A stretch of 64,000 nt of DNA from Alphaproteobacteria bacterium (GTDB lineage Bacteria; Pseudomonadota; Alphaproteobacteria; MPNO01; UBA830), in NCBI GenBank assembly GCA_965243135.1, contig OZ251539.1, positions 1,856,001 through 1,920,000 on the forward strand. Direction: 5' to 3'. Both the position numbers and the translations under genes were made by a program. Of this stretch, positions 22,308 to 32,641 are shown one piece after another. Every line of letters starts with the position of its first letter. The first letter of the stretch is position 1. The notes under the pieces were generated by a model. It saw only the letters and a list, made by a program, of their open reading frames with translations, was not told the DNA's origin and searched no databases.

Positions 22308-23438
22308 ATGCAGCAACGGCCGGTCCTGGACAACCCGCTCTACAACGACAACAGGATGAAGATCGGCATCATCGCCATGAACTGCAGCCATGGCTCCACG
22401 ATCACGACAGCGGAAAACACTTGGGAAATGAACTGGCCGGACACGCGCGACGTCGCCGTCATGGCCGATCGCGCCGGTTTCGAAGTGCTGCTGCCGGTTG
22501 CCCGCTGGCGCGGCTACGGCGGCGAGACCAACTTCAACAACCGCACTTTCGAGACTTACAACTGGGCCGCCGCGGTAGCCGCCGTGACCGGCCATTCGTG
22601 CATTTTCTCCACGTCGCACGTGCCGCTCACCCATCCCGTAGCCGCCGCCAAGCAGTGCGCGACGATCGACCATATTTCCGGCGGACGTTTCGCCCTGAAC
22701 GTCGTCTGCGGCTGGTTCAAGAACGAATTCGAAATGTTCGGCGCCGAATGGCGGGAACACGACGCGCGCTACGAGTACGCTACGGAGTGGCTGGAATTCG
22801 TGCGGCGCATCTGGACGGAGGACGGAGAGTTCGATTTCGAGGGACGCTGGTTCAATTCCAGAAACGTCTGGAGCGAACCCAAGCCGATCCAGCGTCCGAC
22901 GCCGCCCGTGATGAACGCCGGCGGTTCCCCGGCCGGTCAGAAATTCGCCGCGACCCAGGCCGACATGAACTTCGTAATTCTGAAGCAACGGGATCTCGAG
23001 GGCGGCAAGGCGCAGATCGGCCATCTGAAGGGAATGGCGCGCGAAGCGGGCAGAAGCGTTCAAAGCTGGATCCATGTCTACGTCGTCTGCCGCGACACGG
23101 AAAAGGAAGCGCAGGACTATCTCCACTACTACGTCGTCGAGAAGGGCGACCGGCAGGCCGTCGACAACCTGCTCGAAATCTTCGGCATGCAGTCGGAGAC
23201 CCTCCCGCCGGAGGCGCTCGACGAATTCCGGTTTCATTTCATCGCGGGTCACGGCGGCTATCCGCTCGTGGGCACCGCCGAACGGATCGTCGACGAAATC
23301 GGCAAGCTGATCGAGATCGGCGTCGACGGCATCCTCGTTTCGTGGGTGGATTACAAGAGCGAATGTCGGCAATGGATCGACGAAGTGATGCCGCTGATGG
23401 TCCAGGCCGGACAGCGCAAGGCCTTCGTCGGCGCATGA
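22308..23438 (+). CDS. LLM-class flavin-dependent oxidoreductase
   Basis: PVARWRGYGG, DHISGGRFALNVVCGW, MNAGGSPAG. Confidence 0.92.
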   Translation: MQQRPVLDNPLYNDNRMKIGIIAMNCSHGSTITTAENTWEMNWPDTRDVAVMADRAGFEVLLPVARWRGYGGETNFNNRTFETYNWAAAVAAVTGHSCIFSTSHVPLTHPVAAAKQCATIDHISGGRFALNVVCGWFKNEFEMFGAEWREHDARYEYATEWLEFVRRIWTEDGEFDFEGRWFNSRNVWSEPKPIQRPTPPVMNAGGSPAGQKFAATQADMNFVILKQRDLEGGKAQIGHLKGMAREAGRSVQSWIHVYVVCRDTEKEAQDYLHYYVVEKGDRQAVDNLLEIFGMQSETLPPEALDEFRFHFIAGHGGYPLVGTAERIVDEIGKLIEIGVDGILVSWVDYKSECRQWIDEVMPLMVQAGQRKAFVGA

Positions 23439-23511
23439 GCCGCCGCGTATTTCGGGATCTCGCCGGCGCGGCGCGGCGTCCGCCTCGCGCGGGACGGCGG
23501 TGAGTCCGCGA

Positions 23512-25131
23512 ATGTCCCGGCAGTACGATTACGTCGTCGTCGGCGCCGGTTCGGCCGGGTGCGTCCTCGCCAACCGGCTGACGGCCGATCCCGAACGTTC
23601 CGTCCTGCTCCTCGAAGCAGGCGGCAAGGATCGCAATCCGCTGGTCAGATTGCCGATGCTGATGGGAAAGCTGTTCCTCTCCGGCCTCTATAACTGGAGC
23701 TACCATACCGAGCCGGTTCCGGCCCTGGGCGGCAGGTCGTTGTACTGGCCGCGCGGCAAAGTGCTGGGCGGCTCTTCGACCATCAACGGCATGGTCTACG
23801 TGCGCGGCAATCGCCATGACTACGACCGTTGGGCGCAGTCCGGCCTGCCGGAATGGTCTTACGACGAAGTGTTGCCCGCGTTTCGCCGTTCCGAAGGACA
23901 CGTTCAACGCGCGGACGATTATCACGGAACGGAAGGCGAGTTGACCGTGTGCCGGGCGCGCGGTTCGAATCCGTTGTTCGACGTTTTCGTGGAAGCCGGC
24001 CGCCAAGCCGGCTATCCGGTCAACGACGACTTCAACGGCGCGGAACAGGAAGGTTTCGGGCGTTACGACTTCACCATCAGGAACGGAAAGCGCTGGTCGA
24101 CTTCGTTCGCCTTCCTCCGCCCGATCCGGCGGCGCCGCAACCTTTCGATTCTCACCGGAGCGCTCGTCCGGAAAGTGGTCGTCGAGAACGGTCGGGCGAC
24201 CGGCGTCGAGATCTCGCAAGGCGGGCGCCGCCGGACGATTCGCGCCGCTCGCGAAATCGTCCTTTGCGCCGGCACGGTCAACTCGCCCCAGATCCTCATG
24301 CTGTCGGGCGTCGGGCCCGCCGACGAGATGAAGCGGCACGGGATCGAAGTCGTCCGCGAGCTGCCGGGCGTCGGCCGGAATCTCCAGGACCACGTCGATT
24401 GCGTGATTTCCTACGAATGCACGCAACCCGTCACGCTCTACAGGGATCTCCGGGTCGACCGGCTGATATTCTCGGTCGCCCAGGGCCTGTTCTTCGGCCG
24501 GGGCGTCGTCACCACGTTTCCCTACGAGGGAGGGGCGTTTCTGAAAACGCGTCCCGAACTGCTCGCGCCCGACATACAATTGCACTTCATGCCGACGCTC
24601 GAAAAGACGGCGAACCTGCACTTCTCGAATCCCTTCCGGAGCGAGCCGGCCGAAGCCCATCACGGATTTACGCTCCGGGTCGGGCCGATCAATCCGGAAA
24701 GCCGCGGATTCATCGCGCTCCGCTCGGCCGACCCCGCCGACGCCCCGAAAATTCAGCCCAACTACCTCGAGGACGAAGCCGACTGCAGGACGACGATCGC
24801 CGGGATTCGAATAATCAGGAAGGTAATCGGCCAGCCCGCGTTCGCCCCCTACAGAGGGCGGGAACTCGCGCCCGGCGAAGCGCTGCGCAGCGACGGCGAA
24901 CTCGCCGAATGGCTCCGCGCGAACGCGATGACCACGTTCCACCCCGTGGGCACGTGCAGAATGGGAAACGACCCGATGTCGGTGGTGAACTCCCGGCTTG
25001 CCGTTCACGGCGTCGCCGGACTTCGGGTGGCGGACGCTTCCGTCATGCCGATCATTTCCAGCGGAAACACCAACGCGCCGGCGATCATGATCGGCGAGAA
25101 AGCGGCCGAGTTCATTCACGAAGAAACGTGA
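23512..25131 (+). CDS. GMC oxidoreductase (choline dehydrogenase-like)
   Basis: GAGSAG, GKVLGGSSTINGM, HPVGTCRMG, GNTNAP. Confidence 0.94.
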   Translation: MSRQYDYVVVGAGSAGCVLANRLTADPERSVLLLEAGGKDRNPLVRLPMLMGKLFLSGLYNWSYHTEPVPALGGRSLYWPRGKVLGGSSTINGMVYVRGNRHDYDRWAQSGLPEWSYDEVLPAFRRSEGHVQRADDYHGTEGELTVCRARGSNPLFDVFVEAGRQAGYPVNDDFNGAEQEGFGRYDFTIRNGKRWSTSFAFLRPIRRRRNLSILTGALVRKVVVENGRATGVEISQGGRRRTIRAAREIVLCAGTVNSPQILMLSGVGPADEMKRHGIEVVRELPGVGRNLQDHVDCVISYECTQPVTLYRDLRVDRLIFSVAQGLFFGRGVVTTFPYEGGAFLKTRPELLAPDIQLHFMPTLEKTANLHFSNPFRSEPAEAHHGFTLRVGPINPESRGFIALRSADPADAPKIQPNYLEDEADCRTTIAGIRIIRKVIGQPAFAPYRGRELAPGEALRSDGELAEWLRANAMTTFHPVGTCRMGNDPMSVVNSRLAVHGVAGLRVADASVMPIISSGNTNAPAIMIGEKAAEFIHEET

Positions 25132-25466
25132 GTTCGTTTCCTTCGAGGCTTTGCGACCGGGTTTTGCGGGAAATCAATCGACGAAGACCGCGAATCGTCG
25201 GCCGACGCGGCGCGATGAACTGCAGGCCCTTTGGCTTCTACCGTCGACGCGGCTCGGGAAGCTTTGCGCAGCGGTCGCGGTTCGCTTCCGCAAGCCGCCG
25301 CCGGACGATGACTCGAGCATCGGAAAGTTCGCCGCCGTCTGCCGAACCGCGCGAGGCGGGACTCCGACGATCCGAGAAGATTTCGCGAAGCAGGAAAGCG
25401 ATACGCCAAGATACCCGCGCCCCTTCGGTCTCCGCGATCCAGATTCCGACGCGAAAGCTGCCGCGG

Positions 25467-27003
25467 TCAGGCGGTCTCGAACTCGAACCCGACGATGTTG
25501 CGCTCTTCCCGTCCGAACTCCATGCCGATCAACCGGCACGCCGAGATGCCGGTACTTGTCCGCGTAGCCGCGCTCCCGCATCTGCGCCAGCGCTTGGCCT
25601 TCGTGCTGTTGGTCCACGACCTTGAACTCGTACAGATGCACGCATCCCGGACTCAGCACCGCCATGTCCAGGCGTCCGCGGGCGGTCGCTTCCTCGACCC
25701 GAACGTCCAGACCCGCCGCCGCGAAGTGCGAGTAGACGAGGGCCGCCCAATAGCCCTCGTAGAGCTCGTTCTTCCGGTGCCAGTCGTGAGGAACGCTCGC
25801 GAAGAACGCCTCGAACAGCGTCCTCACCTTCTCCGGATCGTCCTCCGCCGTCAGCCTGGCCAGCTCCGCCTGCCGCGTCGCCTCCTGCCCCGTCGCCGGC
25901 GCCATGACGCGCAGCAGCCTCTTGTTCAGGCTGAGTTTCACCTCGTAGTTCGGGTAGTCCAGCCGGTAGCGGCTGCCGCCGGCGGCGGCCTCCTCGCCGA
26001 CGATGGTCAGATAGCCGGTCTGGAACAAAAGCGCTTCGGTCGAGATGTCGTCGACGTCGAAGGTCGACAGCAGTTCGTCGTCCGCGACAAGCCCCTCAAG
26101 GGCCGGAGGCGCAACCCGGCGCCGCGACAGAAGGTCGACGAGAAAGCGCGGCGTCCCGGTCTCGAACCAGTGCGCCTTGAATTCGCGCGTTTCGAAAAGA
26201 AGCAGGATGTCGAACGGGTTGTAGACCTTGTCCGCGCCGCGCCAGTTGTAGCCGTTGTACCAGCGCCGGATTTCTTCCCGGTCCAGGCCCTCGAGTTCCG
26301 GAGCGAAGACCGCGTCCAGCTCCGCGTCCGTGTAGCCGCAGATGGCGCTGAAACGCGGATCGAGGGTGATGTCGCGCAGGTTGTTCAGGCCCGAGAAAAT
26401 GCCCGCCTGCGAGAACTTGCTCACTCCCGTCAGGAAAACGAAACGCAGCTGCTCGTCGCAGGCCTTGAGCACCCCGTACAGGCTGCGCAGAAAGTCGCGG
26501 TTGGCCCGCGCCAGTTCCCGGTCGCCGAGCGCGTCCAGAATCGGCTTGTCGTATTCGTCCACCAGAATGACCGCCTGCTGCCCGGTGCGCTCGCGCAGGG
26601 CCGCGATCAGTTCCCGGAAGCGGATCGAAACTCTGGCGCTGCCCGGCTCGATGCCGGCCAGCCTCTCCGCCGCCTTCAGTTGCGATTCCGTTTCTTCCCG
26701 AACCCCGTCCGGGTCGCCGAAATCGCCCCCGCCGAAATCCAGCCGCACGACCGGACGGCGCGCCGACCAGTCCCACCCGTCGTGAACGGCGAGGCCCCGG
26801 AACAGCTCCTCGTTTCCCTCGAACAGCTTCTGCAGCGTGTCCACCAGCAGGGTCTTGCCGAACCGGCGCGGACGCGACAGGAAATAGTACTTGCCCCCTT
26901 CGACGAGGCGGCGCACATGGTCCGTCTTGTCGACGTAGTAGCAGTCCATCCCCCGGATCTCGCGCAGGGAGGAAATGCCGGTCGGAAGCATGCGTCTCGC
27001 CAT
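25467..27003 (-). pseudogene. AAA-ATPase + PD-(D/E)XK nuclease, copy A1, frameshifted in the last ~22 codons
   Basis: YYVDKT, SRPRRFGKT, VDEYDKP, D...EFK motifs. A 5-nt deletion near 25535 (aaccggcacg vs aaccggatcggcacg in A2-A4) shifts the frame past the ancestral stop at 25467, reading to 25174. Confidence 0.8.
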
Positions 27004-27038
27004 CCGGGCAGTTTACGCCCATGGACGGCGGCGTTCAA
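27004..27038 (-). promoter_or_regulatory. Sigma70-like leaderless promoter of A1
   Basis: TTGAAC-N17-TAAACT-N6-ATG, no SD. Confidence 0.6.
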
Positions 27039-27329
27039 AGCCGCCAGCCGTCCGGACGATCAACGCGGGCCGTGCCGAAACGCTCCCGAAACCGGGCTTT
27101 CTCGCGCGCAATGAAGCCGTTCCCGTAGACATGCGGGCGGCCACCGAACGCTCCTTGCCATCGTTCGCTCCAGACCGCCGCCGCGACGCTGTCCGGCGAC
27201 CCCAACGCTCGCCGGGAAGCCAATTCCCGTGCCATCGTCGGCTGCCGCCTCTCGTTCCGTTGCCGCGCTCTGAAGTCGCCCTCCAGTCGCTGCGACCCGG
27301 ATTCCGAGAGGCGGCAAGAGCTGCCGCGG
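27004..27329. repeat. Conserved ~320-bp inter-copy spacer of array A (also 28869-29191 and 30740-31057)
   Basis: Three near-identical copies; unit period 1865/1871/1866 bp between ATGs. Confidence 0.9.
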
Positions 27330-28868
27330 TCAAGCGGTCTCGAACTCGACGATGTTGCGCTCTTCCCGGCCGAACTCCATGCCGATCAACCGGATCGGCA
27401 CGCCGAGATGCCGGTACTTGTCCGCGTAGCCGCGCTCCCGAATTTGCGCCAGCGCCCGGCCTTCCGGCCCCCCGTCCACGACCTTGAACTCGTACAGATG
27501 CACGCATCCCGGACTCAGCACAGCCATGTCCAGGCGCCCGTGGGCGGTCGCTTCCTCGACCCGAACGTCCAGACCCGCCGCCGCGAAATGCGAGTAGACG
27601 AGGGCCGCCCAATAGCCCTCGTAGAGCTCGTTCTTCCGGTGCCGGTCGTGAGGAACGCTCGCGAAAAACGCCTCGAACAGCGTCCTCACCTTCTCCGGAT
27701 TGTCCTCCGCCGTCAGCCTGGCCAGTTCCGCCTGCCGCGTCGCCTCCTGCCCCGTTGCCGGCGACATGGCGCGCAACAGCCTCTTGTTCAGGCTGAGCTT
27801 CACCTCGTAGTTCGGGTAGTCCAGCCGGTAGAGGCTCCCGCCGTCGGCGGCCTCCTCGCCGACGATGGTCAGGTAGCCGGTCTGGAACAAAAGCGCTTCG
27901 GTCGAGATGTCGTCGACGTCGAAGGTCGACAGCAAGTCGTCGTCCGCGACCATGCTCTCCAGGGCCGGGGGCGCGATCCGACGCCGCGACAGAAGGTCGA
28001 CGAGGAAGGTCGGCGTGCCGCTCCGGAACCAGTGCGCCTCGAACTGGCGACGCCGGAAAAGCAGCAGGACATCGTACGGGTTGTAGACCTTGTCCGCGCC
28101 GCGCCAGTTGTAGCCGTTGTACCAGCGGCGGACCTCCTCCCGGTCCAAGCCCTCGAGTTCCGGGGCGAAAACCGCGTCCAGCTCCGCATCCGTGTAACCG
28201 CAAATGTCCGAGAACTCCGGCTCCAGCGTGATGTCGATCAGGTTGTTCAGGCCCGAGAAAATGCCCGCCTGCGAGAATTTGCTCACCCCCGTCAGGAAAA
28301 CGAAACGCAGCTGCCTGTCGCAGGCCTTGATCGCCCCGTACAGGCTGCGCAGGAAGTCCCGATTGGCCCGCGCCAGTTCCCGGTCGCCGAGCGCGTCCAG
28401 AATAGGCTTGTCGTATTCGTCGACCAGAACGACCGCCTGCCGCCCGGTACGCTCGTGCAGGGCCTCGATCAATTCCCAGAAACGAACCGACGCCTCGACG
28501 GAGCCCGGTTCAAGGCCGGCGCGCCTCTCCGCCGCCGCCAACTGCGCTTCCACGGTTACGCGAACCCCGTCCGGGGCGCAGAAATCGCCCCCTCTGCTGA
28601 AATCCAGCCGCACGACAGGATGGCGCGCCGACCAGTCCCATTCGTCGTGTATGGCGAGACCCCGGAACGGCACCTCGCTTCCCTCGAACAGCTCCTGCAG
28701 CGTGTCCACAAACAGGGTCTTGCCGAACCGGCGCGGACGCGACAGGAAATAGTGCTTGCCGCCCTCCACGAGGCGGCGCACATGGTCCGTCTTGTCGACG
28801 TAGTAGCAATCCCTCGTCCGGATTTCCCGGAAGGAGGATATGCCGATCGGTAGCATGCGTCTCGCCAT
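27330..28868 (-). CDS. AAA-ATPase + PD-(D/E)XK nuclease, copy A2
   Basis: Intact 512-aa ORF with the same motifs. Confidence 0.92.
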   Translation of the reverse strand: MARRMLPIGISSFREIRTRDCYYVDKTDHVRRLVEGGKHYFLSRPRRFGKTLFVDTLQELFEGSEVPFRGLAIHDEWDWSARHPVVRLDFSRGGDFCAPDGVRVTVEAQLAAAERRAGLEPGSVEASVRFWELIEALHERTGRQAVVLVDEYDKPILDALGDRELARANRDFLRSLYGAIKACDRQLRFVFLTGVSKFSQAGIFSGLNNLIDITLEPEFSDICGYTDAELDAVFAPELEGLDREEVRRWYNGYNWRGADKVYNPYDVLLLFRRRQFEAHWFRSGTPTFLVDLLSRRRIAPPALESMVADDDLLSTFDVDDISTEALLFQTGYLTIVGEEAADGGSLYRLDYPNYEVKLSLNKRLLRAMSPATGQEATRQAELARLTAEDNPEKVRTLFEAFFASVPHDRHRKNELYEGYWAALVYSHFAAAGLDVRVEEATAHGRLDMAVLSPGCVHLYEFKVVDGGPEGRALAQIRERGYADKYRHLGVPIRLIGMEFGREERNIVEFETA

Positions 28869-28903
28869 CCGGGCAGTTTACGCCCATGGACGGCGGCGTT
28901 CAA
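28869..28903 (-). promoter_or_regulatory. Sigma70-like leaderless promoter of A2
   Basis: TTGAAC-N17-TAAACT-N6-ATG. Confidence 0.6.
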
Positions 28904-29191
28904 AGCCGCCAGACGTCCGGACGATCAACGCGGGCCGTGCCGAAACGCTCCGAAACCGGGCTTTCTCGCGCGCAATGAAGCCGTTCCCGTAGACATGCGG
29001 GCGGCCACCGAACGCTCCTTGCCATCGTTCGCTCCAGACCGCCGCCGCGACGCTGTCCGGCGACCGACGCTCGCCGGGAAGCCAATTCCCGTGCCATCGT
29101 CGGCTGCCGCCTCTCGTTCCGTTGCCGCGCTCTGAAGTCGCCCTCCAGTCGCTGCGACCCGGATTCCGAGAGGCGGCAAGAGCTGCCGCGA

Positions 29192-30739
29192 TCAAGCGGT
29201 CTCGAACTCGAACCCGACGATGTTGCGCTCTTCCCGGCCGAACTCCATGCCGATCAACCGGATCGGCACGCCGAGATGCCGGTACTTGTCCGCGTAGCCG
29301 CGCTCCCGCATTTGCGCCAGCGCCCGGCCTTCCGGCCCCCCGTCCACGACCTTGAACTCGTACAGATGCACGCACCCCGGGCTGAGCACAGCCATGTCCA
29401 GGCGTCCGCGGGCGGTCGATTCCTCGACCCGAACGTCCAGACCCGCCGCCGCGAAGTGCGAGTAGACGAGGGCCGCCCAATAGCCTTCATAATTCGCGAG
29501 CTCGTTCTTCCGGTGCCAGTCGTGAGGAATGCTCGCGAAGAACGCCTCGAACAGAGCCCTCACTTTCTCCGGATCGTCCTCCGCCGTCAACCTGGCCAGC
29601 TCCGCCTGCCGCGTCGCGTCCTGCCTCGTTGCCGGCGCCATGGCGCGCAACAGCCTCTTGTTCAGGCTGAGCTTCACCTCGTAGTTCGGGTAGTCCAGCC
29701 GGTAGAGGCTGCCGCCATCGGCGGATTCCTCGCCGACGATGGTCAGATAGCCGGTCTGGAACAAAAGCGCTTCGGTCGAGATGTCGTCGACGTCGAAGGC
29801 CGACAGCAACTCGTCGTCCGCGACAAGCCCCTCAAGGGCCGGCGCCGCGACCCGGCGCCGCGACAGAAGGTCGACGAGGAAGGTCGGCGTGCCGGTCCGG
29901 AACCAGTGCGCCTCGAACCTGCGCGTTTCGAAGAGAAGGAGGACGTCGAACGGGTTGTAGACCTTCTCCGCGCCGCACCAGTTGTAGCCGTTGTACCAGC
30001 GCCGGACTTCTTCCCGGTCCAGGCCCTCGAGTTCCGGGGCGAAGACCGCGTCCAGTTCTTCGTCCGTGTAACCGCAAAGGGCGCCGAAACGCGGATCGAG
30101 GGTGATGTCGCGCAGGTTGTTCAGGCCCGAGAAAATGCCCGCCTGCGAGAACTTGCTCACGCCCGTCAGAAAAACGAAACGCAGTTGCTCGTCGCAAGCC
30201 TTGATCACCCCGTACAGGCTGCGCAGGAAGTCGCGGTTGGCCCGCGCCAGTTCCCGGTCGCCGAGCGCGTCCAGAATCGGCTTGTCGTATTCGTCCACCA
30301 GCACGACCGCCCGCTGCCCGGTGCGCTCGTGCAGGGCCGCGATCAGTTCCCGGAAGCGGATCGAAACTCTGGCGCTGCCCGGCTCGATGCCGGCCAGCCT
30401 CTCCGCCGCCTTCAGTTGCGATTCCGTTTCTTCCCGAACCCCGTCCGGGTCGCCGAAATCGCCCCCGCCGAAATCCAGCCGCACGACCGGATGGCGCGCC
30501 GACCAGTCCCACATGCCGTGCACGGCGAGGCCCCGGAACAACTCCTCGCTGCCCTCGAACAACTTCTGCAGCGTGTCCACCAGGAGGGTCTTGCCGAACC
30601 GGCGCGGACGCGACAGAAAATAGTAATCGCCCCCTTCGACGAGTCGGCGCACATGCTCCGTCTTGTCGACGTAGTAGCAATCCCTCGTCCGGATTTTCCG
30701 GAGGGAAGAAATGCCGATCGGAAGCATGCGTCTCGCCAT
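29192..30739 (-). CDS. AAA-ATPase + PD-(D/E)XK nuclease, copy A3
   Basis: Intact 515-aa ORF. Confidence 0.92.
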   Translation of the reverse strand: MARRMLPIGISSLRKIRTRDCYYVDKTEHVRRLVEGGDYYFLSRPRRFGKTLLVDTLQKLFEGSEELFRGLAVHGMWDWSARHPVVRLDFGGGDFGDPDGVREETESQLKAAERLAGIEPGSARVSIRFRELIAALHERTGQRAVVLVDEYDKPILDALGDRELARANRDFLRSLYGVIKACDEQLRFVFLTGVSKFSQAGIFSGLNNLRDITLDPRFGALCGYTDEELDAVFAPELEGLDREEVRRWYNGYNWCGAEKVYNPFDVLLLFETRRFEAHWFRTGTPTFLVDLLSRRRVAAPALEGLVADDELLSAFDVDDISTEALLFQTGYLTIVGEESADGGSLYRLDYPNYEVKLSLNKRLLRAMAPATRQDATRQAELARLTAEDDPEKVRALFEAFFASIPHDWHRKNELANYEGYWAALVYSHFAAAGLDVRVEESTARGRLDMAVLSPGCVHLYEFKVVDGGPEGRALAQMRERGYADKYRHLGVPIRLIGMEFGREERNIVGFEFETA

Positions 30740-30774
30740 CCGGGCAGTTTACGCCCATGGACGGCGGCGTTCAA
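30740..30774 (-). promoter_or_regulatory. Sigma70-like leaderless promoter of A3
   Basis: TTGAAC-N17-TAAACT-N6-ATG. Confidence 0.6.
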
Positions 30775-31057
30775 AGCCGACAGCCGTCCGGACGATCAAC
30801 GCGGGCCGTGCCGAAACGCTCCCGAAACCGGGCTTTCTCGCGCGCAATGAAGCCGTTCCCGTGACATGCGGGCGGCCACGGAACGCTCCTTGCCATCGTT
30901 CGCTCCAGACCGCCGCCGCGACGCTGTCCGGCGACCAACGCTCGCCGGGAAGCCAATTCCCGCGCTATCGTCGGCTGCCGCCTCTCGTTCCGTTGCCGTG
31001 AAGTCGCCCTCCAGTCGCTGCGATCCGGATTCCGGGATGCGGCAAGAGCTGCCGCGG

Positions 31058-32605
31058 TCAAGCGGTCTCGAACTCGAACCCGACGATGTTGCGCTCTTCC
31101 CGGCCGAACTCCATGCCGATCAACCGGATCGGCACGCCGAGATGCCGGTACTTGTCCGCGTAGCCGCGCTCCCGCATTTGCGCCAGCGCCCGGCCTTCCG
31201 GCCCCCCGTCCACGACCTTGAACTCGTACAAATGCACGCATCCCGGACTCAGCACGGCCATGTCCAGGCGTCCGTGGGCGGTCGCTTCCTCGACCCGAAC
31301 GTCCAGACCCGCCGCCGCGAAATGCGAGTAGACGAGGGCCGCCCAATAGCCCTCGTAATTCGCGAGCTCGTTCTTCCGGTGCCAGTCGTGAGGAACGCTC
31401 GCGAAGAACGCCTCGAACAGCGCCCTCACCTTCTCCGGATCGTCCTCCGCCGTCAGCCTGGCCAGTTCCGCCTGCCGCGTCGCCTCCCGTCCCGTCGTCG
31501 GCGCCATCGCGCGCAGCAGCCGTCTGTTCAGACTGAACTTCACCTCGTGGTTCGGGTAATCCAGCCGGTACAGGCTCTCGCCGTCGGCGGCCTCTTCGCC
31601 GACGATGGTCAGGTAGCCGGTCTGGAACAAAAGCGTCTCGATCGATATGTCGTCGACGTCGAAGGTCGACAGCAAGTCGTCGTCCGCGACCATGCTCTCC
31701 AGGGCCGGAGGCGTGACCCGGCACCGCGACAGAAGGTCGACGAGGAAGGTCGGCGTGCCGCTCCGGAACCAGTGCGCCTTGAACTCGCGCGTTTCGAAGA
31801 GAAGGAGGATATCGAACGGGTTGTAGACCCTCTCCGGACCGCGCCAGTTGTAGCCGTTGTACCAGCGCTGGACTTTCTTCCGGTCCAGGCCCTCGAGTTC
31901 CGGGGAGAAGACCGCGTCCAGATCGGCGTCCGTGTAGCCGCAGATGGCGCCGAAATGCGGATCGAGGGTGATGTCGCGCAGGTTGTTCAGGCCCGAGAAG
32001 AGGCCCGCCTGCGAGAACTTGCTCACCCCCGTCAGGAAAACGAAACGGAGATGCCTGTCGCAGTCCTTGACCGCTCCGTACAGGCTGCGCAGGAAGTCGC
32101 GGTTGGCCGTCGCCAGCTCCCGGTCGCCGAGCGCGTCCAAGATCGGCTTGTCGTATTCGTCGACCAGAACGACCGCCTGCTGCCCGGTGCGCTCGTGCAG
32201 GGCCTCGATCAATTCCCAGAAACGGTTCGACGCCTCGACAGGGCCCGGTTCGAGGCCGGCGCGCCTCTCCGCCGCCGCCAACTGTCTTTCCACGGTTTCC
32301 CGAACCCCGTCCGGAACGACGAAATTGCCCCTGCCGAAGCTGAGCCGCACGACCGGACTGCGCGCCGACCAGTCCCAATTGTCGTGCACGGCGAGGCCCC
32401 GGAACAGCTCCTCGCTTCCCTCGAACAGCTCCTGCAACGTGTCCACAAGCAGGGTCTTGCCGAACCGGCGCGGACGCGACAGGAAGTAGTACTTGCCCCT
32501 CTCGACGAGGCGGCGCACATGGTCCGTCTTGTCGACGTAGTAGCAATCCCTCGTCCGGATTTCCCTGAGAGAGGTCATCCCGATCGGAAGCATGAGTCTT
32601 TCCAT
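31058..32605 (-). CDS. AAA-ATPase + PD-(D/E)XK nuclease, copy A4
   Basis: Intact; MERLMLPIG start aligns with the paralog starts. Confidence 0.92.
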   Translation of the reverse strand: MERLMLPIGMTSLREIRTRDCYYVDKTDHVRRLVERGKYYFLSRPRRFGKTLLVDTLQELFEGSEELFRGLAVHDNWDWSARSPVVRLSFGRGNFVVPDGVRETVERQLAAAERRAGLEPGPVEASNRFWELIEALHERTGQQAVVLVDEYDKPILDALGDRELATANRDFLRSLYGAVKDCDRHLRFVFLTGVSKFSQAGLFSGLNNLRDITLDPHFGAICGYTDADLDAVFSPELEGLDRKKVQRWYNGYNWRGPERVYNPFDILLLFETREFKAHWFRSGTPTFLVDLLSRCRVTPPALESMVADDDLLSTFDVDDISIETLLFQTGYLTIVGEEAADGESLYRLDYPNHEVKFSLNRRLLRAMAPTTGREATRQAELARLTAEDDPEKVRALFEAFFASVPHDWHRKNELANYEGYWAALVYSHFAAAGLDVRVEEATAHGRLDMAVLSPGCVHLYEFKVVDGGPEGRALAQMRERGYADKYRHLGVPIRLIGMEFGREERNIVGFEFETA

Positions 32606-32641
32606 TCGGCAAGAATAGGCCGCCGCGACGGAAACTGTCAA
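32606..32641 (-). promoter_or_regulatory. Sigma70-like leaderless promoter of A4
   Basis: TTGACA-N18-TATTCT-N6-ATG. Confidence 0.65.
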
